DNA of 11,643 bases from assembly GCA_038727095.1 (NCBI GenBank), contig JAVYWK010000044.1, positions 1 through 11,643 of the forward strand, given 5' to 3'. Source of the stretch: Thermofilaceae archaeon. Its GTDB lineage: Archaea > Thermoproteota > Thermoprotei > Thermofilales > Thermofilaceae. Below are positions 6,686 to 11,643 of this stretch, in pieces; positions within the stretch are counted from its first letter, which is position 1; every line of letters begins with the position of its first letter. Made by a program: the position numbers and the translations under genes. Under the pieces are notes generated by a model. That model was given only the letters and a program-made list of their open reading frames with translations. It did not search any database and was not told the DNA's origin.

Positions 6686-9043
6686 CTAGCTCCGCTCTAT
6701 TCGCTCTTTAACCTCCTTTATTTCGTTTTGTAGTTGCTCTATCTTATCCTGGTACTCTTTCTTGAGAATTTCGTAAGCGTCAGTAGAGATCGTCCCCCTT
6801 CTCCACTCCTCTTCAAGCTTAGACAAGTACCCCTTAACTTTCTCCAACTCCTCCTCCAACACCCTTAAACGCTCCAACTCAACAGCCACCCTTGTTTCCA
6901 CTTCCTCACTAGCCACCCCTTCAACAACCTTCGTCTCCCCTCCAGCGCGAGTAGACACTCTACTCCTCCAAAGTAATCCTACTGCGAGCATGGCAAGGAT
7001 TAGTAAGGCAAACACGTTAGCCAGCTTTACTTCACTCCTCCACCTCGCAGTCAGAGTAACAGGCCTATCCACAGTGAAAGAGTATACAGGAGAAGCTGAT
7101 ACAAGCCCCCCCTCAACCACCCAACCCTCAAAAACATACTCCACGAAGAAACCAGCATCAACCGTAGCCGGAGAAACTGAAACAGTTGCTACAGTCCCCC
7201 TCTCGTACCAGCCAGAACCTATCACTAAACTGTATGGTGAGTAAACCTCCACCCTATACTCGGTATCCCACTTAGCAGTTACTATGAAGGGTTTCTCAAC
7301 TGTAAGAGAGAACACTGGTTCACTACTTAAAAGAACACCCTTCTCATCGTACCAACCTGAGAAAACGTGCCTCGTCCCATTACCGTGATCTAGTAAAACC
7401 GGGGAGACTGAGACAGTTACTGTAGATCCCCTCTTGTACCAGTCGGAGCCCCCTACTGAACCATAAGGTGAGTAGGCTTCTACCCTATACTCAGTATCCC
7501 ACTTAGCGGTCACTGTGAAGGGTTTATCAACTGTAAGAGAGAACACTGGTTCACTACTCAGAAGATTCCCTCCCTCACCGTACCATCCCGAGAAAACATG
7601 CCTAGTCCTATTACCGTGATCTAGTAAAACTGAGGAAACTGATACAGTTACTGTAGATCCTTTCATGTACCAGCCGCTACCAGATGCAGTGCCGTATGGT
7701 GAGTAGACCTCCACCCTGTACTCTGTATCCCACTTAGCGGTCACCGTCAGAGGTTTCTCAACAGTGAGAGAAAACACTGGTTCTCTACTTAAAAGAACGC
7801 CATTCTCATCATACCAGCCCGAGAAGACGCGCCTCGTCCCATTACCATGATCTATCAAAACCGGGGAAACTGAAATGGTTACTCTAGCGCCTTTCATGTA
7901 CCAGCCTTCACCAGATGTAGTATCATAAAGTGAAATAACCTTGACGGGGATAACCGTGACGGGGAGGAATCCGTAGGGATGGATTAAGGGGTACCGGTCC
8001 ACGTTCTTCTCATTAATAGTGTAGGGTGTATCACCAATCCCATCATTATTCGCATCACTACCCTTATAATCACTCCAGAAGTTACCGCGAGAACCATCAT
8101 CCCAAACATTCTCCCCAGAATCTTCTAAGGAAACCTGCCTAACATTACCGATGAAATTGTTAAGAAAAACCCTATTACCACTAGATTTCCAGAGGTAGAT
8201 GCCATTATTGTTGTTTAGGATTTTGTTCTCAGTAACTCTATTATCACTAGAATACCTGAGGGAGATGCCATTATTGTTGTTTGAGAGTATGTTCCCAGTA
8301 ATTGTGTTACCACTAGATTCGTAGAGGTAGATGCCATTCTTGTTGTTTGTGATGGTGTTGTTTGTTATTGTGCACTCGCTTGAATTCCAGAGTTCTACTC
8401 CCACCGTGGTGTTTGAGAGGTTTAAGTTCTCTACTCTCACTCTCACACTCCTCACTACTATAACCTGGCCAGCATCCCTCACCACCACATCACGTGCATT
8501 CTCAAGGTAAACCAACGGCCTACCATTCACACTATTACCCTCAACAACATTAGAATAGGAAAACTCGACGAATAAACCACACCCCGAAAAAACATTCCCA
8601 ACAATCCTATTACCACTAGATATTACAAGGTAGATGCCATCATCGTTGTTTGTGATCGTATTCCCGGTGATAGTAATGTTACTAGATTCTCTAACGTATA
8701 TACCGCTTTCGAATTTTTCTATTTTTATGTTTCTCACTATTACGTTTCTCCTGTTTTCGAGTCTAATTCCATCCCCCCAGCCTTGCCCTGTTACTGTATG
8801 CCCGTCCCCGTCGAGGATGATGTTATCCCTCCCGATTACTATCCCTTCAGTTTGAATATTGTCTGTGAGAATATACGTCACTTTATCCCTAGTGGTTATA
8901 GGAGCGTTTGCAGGCTCAACCCTTCCATCAGCCCTAATGTAGATTTTCCCACCAGTCCATACAGCCCCCACCGGCTTAAAGGAGAAGACCGAGAAAACGA
9001 GTACAACAGTAAGGAGAATAGAGGAAAAACCCCTCCCCAGCAC
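6686..9043 (-). CDS. membrane-anchored surface protein: signal peptide, NosD/CASH right-handed beta-helix, four 77-aa beta-rich repeats, TM helix, cytoplasmic coiled coil
   Basis: 785 aa. N-terminal hydrophobic signal; GIYL..SS.N.I.GN repeats; GNFWSDY.G.D.N.DGIGDTPY (NosD-type C-terminal motif); repeats SPYG...GSGWY..G..VTVSV...VFSGW; TM LANVFALLILAMLAVGLLW; charged tail. Confidence 0.92.
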   Translation of the reverse strand: MLGRGFSSILLTVVLVFSVFSFKPVGAVWTGGKIYIRADGRVEPANAPITTRDKVTYILTDNIQTEGIVIGRDNIILDGDGHTVTGQGWGDGIRLENRRNVIVRNIKIEKFESGIYVRESSNITITGNTITNNDDGIYLVISSGNRIVGNVFSGCGLFVEFSYSNVVEGNSVNGRPLVYLENARDVVVRDAGQVIVVRSVRVRVENLNLSNTTVGVELWNSSECTITNNTITNNKNGIYLYESSGNTITGNILSNNNNGISLRYSSDNRVTENKILNNNNGIYLWKSSGNRVFLNNFIGNVRQVSLEDSGENVWDDGSRGNFWSDYKGSDANNDGIGDTPYTINEKNVDRYPLIHPYGFLPVTVIPVKVISLYDTTSGEGWYMKGARVTISVSPVLIDHGNGTRRVFSGWYDENGVLLSREPVFSLTVEKPLTVTAKWDTEYRVEVYSPYGTASGSGWYMKGSTVTVSVSSVLLDHGNRTRHVFSGWYGEGGNLLSSEPVFSLTVDKPFTVTAKWDTEYRVEAYSPYGSVGGSDWYKRGSTVTVSVSPVLLDHGNGTRHVFSGWYDEKGVLLSSEPVFSLTVEKPFIVTAKWDTEYRVEVYSPYSLVIGSGWYERGTVATVSVSPATVDAGFFVEYVFEGWVVEGGLVSASPVYSFTVDRPVTLTARWRSEVKLANVFALLILAMLAVGLLWRSRVSTRAGGETKVVEGVASEEVETRVAVELERLRVLEEELEKVKGYLSKLEEEWRRGTISTDAYEILKKEYQDKIEQLQNEIKEVKERIERS
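7030..7945 (-). repeat. intragenic tandem repeat, 231-bp (77-aa) unit, 3 close copies plus 1 diverged
   Basis: gtatcccacttagc at 7263, 7494 and 7725 (231-bp spacing); protein unit WDTEYRVEVYSPYG...TVTAK. Confidence 0.92.
8172..8350 (-). repeat. 66-bp (22-aa) beta-helix rung repeats
   Basis: agatgccatt at 8197, 8263 and 8329, with a further related copy at 8632; encodes NNxNGIxLxxSSxN. Confidence 0.8.
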
Positions 9044-9064
9044 GGGGAAAAGATGCTGGGGTTT

Positions 9065-9072
9065 CTTATAAG
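9065..9072 (-). promoter_or_regulatory. TATA box for the surface-protein gene
   Basis: CTTATAAG 22-29 nt upstream of GTG 9043. Confidence 0.6.
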
Positions 9073-9551
9073 TATTACCCTCTCACGAGCTGGGATGCTA
9101 CAGGCTTTAACAGCCTAAAGCTCATGGTAGCTGGCTGAGAGAATAAAGAGAAACTGCGTCTTATTCTACGGGAAGTCGGCCGAGCCTGAATCTTTGCTAA
9201 ACTGTTTCCGCTAGAAAAGCATGCTTAATGGGCTTTGTCAGGCATGGGCTAGCAGCTGGTCTAGGCTGCAGCGAGCCCGCGTTTTTCTCGTTGTGCACAG
9301 CGTTAAGTCATCCTCCTCGCAGCGCTTGGCGCTCCTTTTTCAACTCATTACGTGGTCTTTTCCCGAAAATTTGGCGCCGGGATTTGCTAGTCCTTCTGGA
9401 ACTGTTATCTAGAGTTGTAGTGTTTGCTTCAGCCTCGTTCACCTGCCTCTTCTACAGCATGCCAGCTTACCGCTAGGGTTATTCGCTCTAGCCCTTGACT
9501 GGCAGGCTCAGCGTATTTACACTGCTGCGGGGTTGCTGCGGCGGGGAGGGA

Positions 9552-9978
9552 GTGGGAGTGTTTGAGGTGAAGGCTAGGGTCTGGAATGTTATTGACAGCA
9601 GCGGGAGGGTGGATGTAGAGCTGGTAGTCGACAGCGGGTTTACGTTTACTGTTCTGCCTGCTAAGCTGCTCGGGAGCCTAAGCGTTGAGCCGGTGAGGAG
9701 GGGGAAGTTGAGGCTTGCTGACGGCAGAGTTGTGGAGGGGGGTGGGTGAGGTGGGCATCGTGGTTGAAGGATACCGCCTCACGTCTACCCCCGTGGTATT
9801 CGGGAGCGAGAGCACGTACCTGCTCGGCTCAGTCACGATGGAGGCGCTAAGCTTGGCTCCCGACGTGGTGAGAAAGAGGCTCGTCCCAGCGGAAGCTCTT
9901 CTCATGTCAAGCAGCTCCCCGGGCATGCTCTACGAGAGGGTGCTTCTCGCGCACAGGAGAAGGCGTTACAGCGTGTAG
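9552..9978 (+). pseudogene. clan AA retropepsin-like aspartic protease, frameshifted
   Basis: SD GGGGAGGG, then GTG 9552 MGVFEVKARVWN...VELVVDSGFTFTVLP...LRLADGRVVE / GVGEVGIVVEG...VVFG...LLGSVTMEALSLAPD...KRLVP. Intact DSG at 9630-9638; a single frameshift at the G6 run 9737-9742 joins ORFs 9495-9749 and 9715-9978. Confidence 0.88.
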
Positions 9979-10182
9979 AAAGAAGAGGGGAGAAGCCAGT
10001 TTGGTTATCCATCTTTCAAACTTGATGTTCACCTTCAGCGTTTAGGACGATCGATGTACGCCTTGAAAAAGCTGAGCCGCTATGAATCTGTCGACGATGC
10101 TACGGCCGACGTTCGATCACTCGCTCTATTCTCGGCGAAGTGTAGTGGAGGGAGCGATGCGCGGCGCGTAAGGGGTGTAGCG

Positions 10183-10620
10183 CTAGCCCTGTTTTGTCTC
10201 GGAGGGTCTCAGCTTCCCTGGGGGTTCCCAGCGGAATCTCCAAAGCCCTCTACCGAAGGCTTCCACTGCTATTTCGAGCTCCTCGGCGAGCTGGTCGCTG
10301 ATGAGGGGTTCATCGGCTAGCGGAGATACGAGCACGTCAGCTAGCACCTCTCTCGACTCTACGCTGTCTGCGGTAACCACCTTTACCAGCGCAGCTCTCG
10401 GGTAGTACCAGACTCTGAGCGGGCCTCCCGCGGTGTCAACGTCAGCCTCTCTAGCGTCAGTCGTGGGTGGCCACATGCTCAGCCTCCTCGCCGTCGAGGT
10501 GGGGATCATCAGTTGAGGCGTTGGAGCTTCGTAGCCGCTATTGAGCAAAGCCACTTCCTCTACTCTCCCCTCCTTACCCCTGATTACCAGCCTGACTCTC
10601 ACCGGCACGTTCCCGGACAC
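10183..10620 (-). CDS. retropepsin-like (clan AA fold) protein with Asn at the catalytic position (ALLNSG)
   Basis: VRVRLVI...ALLNSGYEAPTPQLMIP...ARRL...TAGG...DEPLISD.LAEELEI......GLWRF..EP..LR.S. The start is probably GTG 10620 or 10608, since the ORF-track extension to 10731 looks non-coding. Confidence 0.75.
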   Translation of the reverse strand: MSGNVPVRVRLVIRGKEGRVEEVALLNSGYEAPTPQLMIPTSTARRLSMWPPTTDAREADVDTAGGPLRVWYYPRAALVKVVTADSVESREVLADVLVSPLADEPLISDQLAEELEIAVEAFGRGLWRFRWEPPGKLRPSETKQG

Positions 10621-10762
10621 CCCGGAACTTGATCCGACCCACTCGGGCCACCCTCCTGAAAACGATCCTGCCCACCTTAGCCAAGCTCTACACCGAGTTG
10701 ACGCTCGATCTCGGGCTAATAAGCTTCTCACTCAAGCATAGAGGGGGTTCGGGGTTTTAACC

Positions 10763-10896
10763 CTTGGGCCTTCCCGACTCGAGCCCCATTTCATCGGGGC
10801 CCACGTCACCGCTCATCAGGCCCCGCACAGGGTAACCCCACCCCGCGGCTGAACCGCGGGGAAACCCCCGTGGGCTGCGCTGAGGCGGCCCGGTTT
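10763..10896 (-). ncRNA. candidate TnpB omega/reRNA scaffold (transposon right end)
   Basis: Lies directly 3' of the tnpB stop. 8-bp stem ccccgcgg/ccgcgggg (10841-10861) nested in CCCAC...GTGGG; stem GGGCCCC-gatgaaat-GGGGCTC (10781-10802); UGAUGA/GAUGA K-turn-like words. Boundaries are inferred. Confidence 0.55.
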
Positions 10897-11098
10897 TCAA
10901 AGCCGAACCTCCAACCGCACCTCCGGGAGCTCCCAGAAGCGCGGAGGGAGGTCGGCTTTGAGCCCCAGCTTCTTCACCGCCCGCAGCCAGATGTTAACGG
11001 CTGCGAGCCTCTGCCTATCCATCTCGAGCCCGCACCTTTTGCAGCGGAATACCTTGCCGGGATCCTCCCTCGAAATCCACCCGCAGCCGCGGGCAGGA
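10897..11098 (-). mobile_element. tnpB: IS200/IS605-family tnpB 3' fragment (zinc ribbon plus RuvC-III), non-autonomous
   Basis: Not in the ORF track. SCPR/(+1 nt near 11086)/CGWISREDPGKVFRCKRCGLEMDRQRLAAVNIWLRAVKKLGLKADLPPRFWELPEVRLEVRL*. The pattern CPxCG...FxCxxCG...DR..xAAxNI is the TnpB C-terminal signature. Confidence 0.85.
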
Positions 11099-11169
11099 CC
11101 AGGCGCTCCGAGTAGCCGCCCCGACGGGCGGCGAAAGGGCCGCCAGAAAGGGGGGTGGCGCCTCGCCCC

Positions 11170-11643
11170 TCAAGTTTGCGATAAAAGGTACGCTACAGGG
11201 GTGAAGGAGGCGCGGTCCTCCATCAGGCTCCTCACTTCCTGCTTCTCGCTCTCGGTGAGCGGCTCTCCCTTGACGAACTTGCGGATGAGGTGGAGCCGGG
11301 GGGTGTAGCGAGTGTAGAGCTCCATCAGCTCCACCACGTCCATGCCTCTCTCCGCCGCCACCTTGCTGAAGGGTATGGGCTTAGCTACCTCGCGTGGCCC
11401 CGTCAACTCCGCGGGCATCGCGTAGACGGGGTAGGCGCGGCCGCCGTATACGAACTGTAGGGGGTGCAGCGCTGCTGGGTTTGCCGGCACTGAGAGCTGT
11501 TGGGCGAGCCTGGAGCGGCTCCTGAAGAAGAGGAAGTGGGCGGCCTGCAGCAGCGCTCGCGGGGCGAGCTCGGGCTCCTGCACCGCAGCCCACACGTGTA
11601 CGTCGTGCTTGCGCAGGTGCATGACCACCCTGTCGAGGATAGA
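11170..11643 (-). CDS. 3' part of a probable HerA/FtsK/VirB4-like P-loop ATPase (5' end outside window)
   Basis: The frame is open to the window edge (SILDRVVMHLRKHDVHVWAAVQEPELAPRALLQAAHFLFFR), matching the RK.g..l..atQ.P..l...l.......FR arginine-finger/Gln-sensor segment. Walker A and B are not visible. Confidence 0.6.
   Translation of the reverse strand, partial: SILDRVVMHLRKHDVHVWAAVQEPELAPRALLQAAHFLFFRSRSRLAQQLSVPANPAALHPLQFVYGGRAYPVYAMPAELTGPREVAKPIPFSKVAAERGMDVVELMELYTRYTPRLHLIRKFVKGEPLTESEKQEVRSLMEDRASFTPVAYLLSQT

Noticed and set aside
8172-8660. AAC/AAT-rich repeats as a diversity-generating retroelement TR/VR pair
   Set aside because: All copies are in-frame beta-helix rungs, differences are not confined to adenines, and there is no reverse transcriptase in the window.
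9120-9490. ORFs 9221-9412 and 9228-9476, and AbrB-like word L*ITVPEGLA on the minus strand
   Set aside because: No convincing domain or start context.
9990-10180. ORF 10054-10320 and PIN-like word SIVDRFIAAQ on the minus strand
   Set aside because: The ORF is partly antisense to the 10183 gene, and a single short motif is insufficient.
10780-10835. Hammerhead ribozyme (CUGAUGA...GAAA on the minus strand)
   Set aside because: Stem II does not close properly and no stem III/UH or stem I pairing fits; better explained as part of the TnpB RNA scaffold.
10870-11593. ORFs 10870-11115, 10958-11308 and 11381-11593
   Set aside because: Antisense or off-frame shadows of the tnpB fragment and the ATPase gene in GC-rich sequence.

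Overview
Archaeal accessory region, probably Thermoproteota (Thermofilum-like). This is inferred from AGG/AGA-rich coding, GTG starts and TATA boxes about 22-30 nt upstream of start codons. Intact or apparently intact genes: the 5' part of a heptad-repeat coiled-coil protein (DUF3782/PD-(D/E)XK-nuclease type), two retropepsin-fold proteins with Asn at the catalytic Asp position, an RHH antitoxin-like gene, a membrane-anchored YbhB/YbcL (PEBP) protein, a minimal nucleotidyltransferase (MNT), a 785-aa NosD/CASH beta-helix surface protein with 77-aa repeats and a cytoplasmic coiled-coil tail, and the 3' end of a HerA/VirB4-like ATPase. Between them are many remnants, most of which the ORF track does not recover: MNT+HEPN pseudogenes, PIN/VapC remnants, a HepT (RX4HXY) pseudogene, a frameshifted canonical DSG retropepsin, an inverted truncated copy of the surface-protein 5' end, and an IS200/IS605-type tnpB 3' fragment that keeps a structured omega-RNA-like tail. 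No rRNA, tRNA or CRISPR array was seen. All family calls come from motif recognition by eye; no searches were run.
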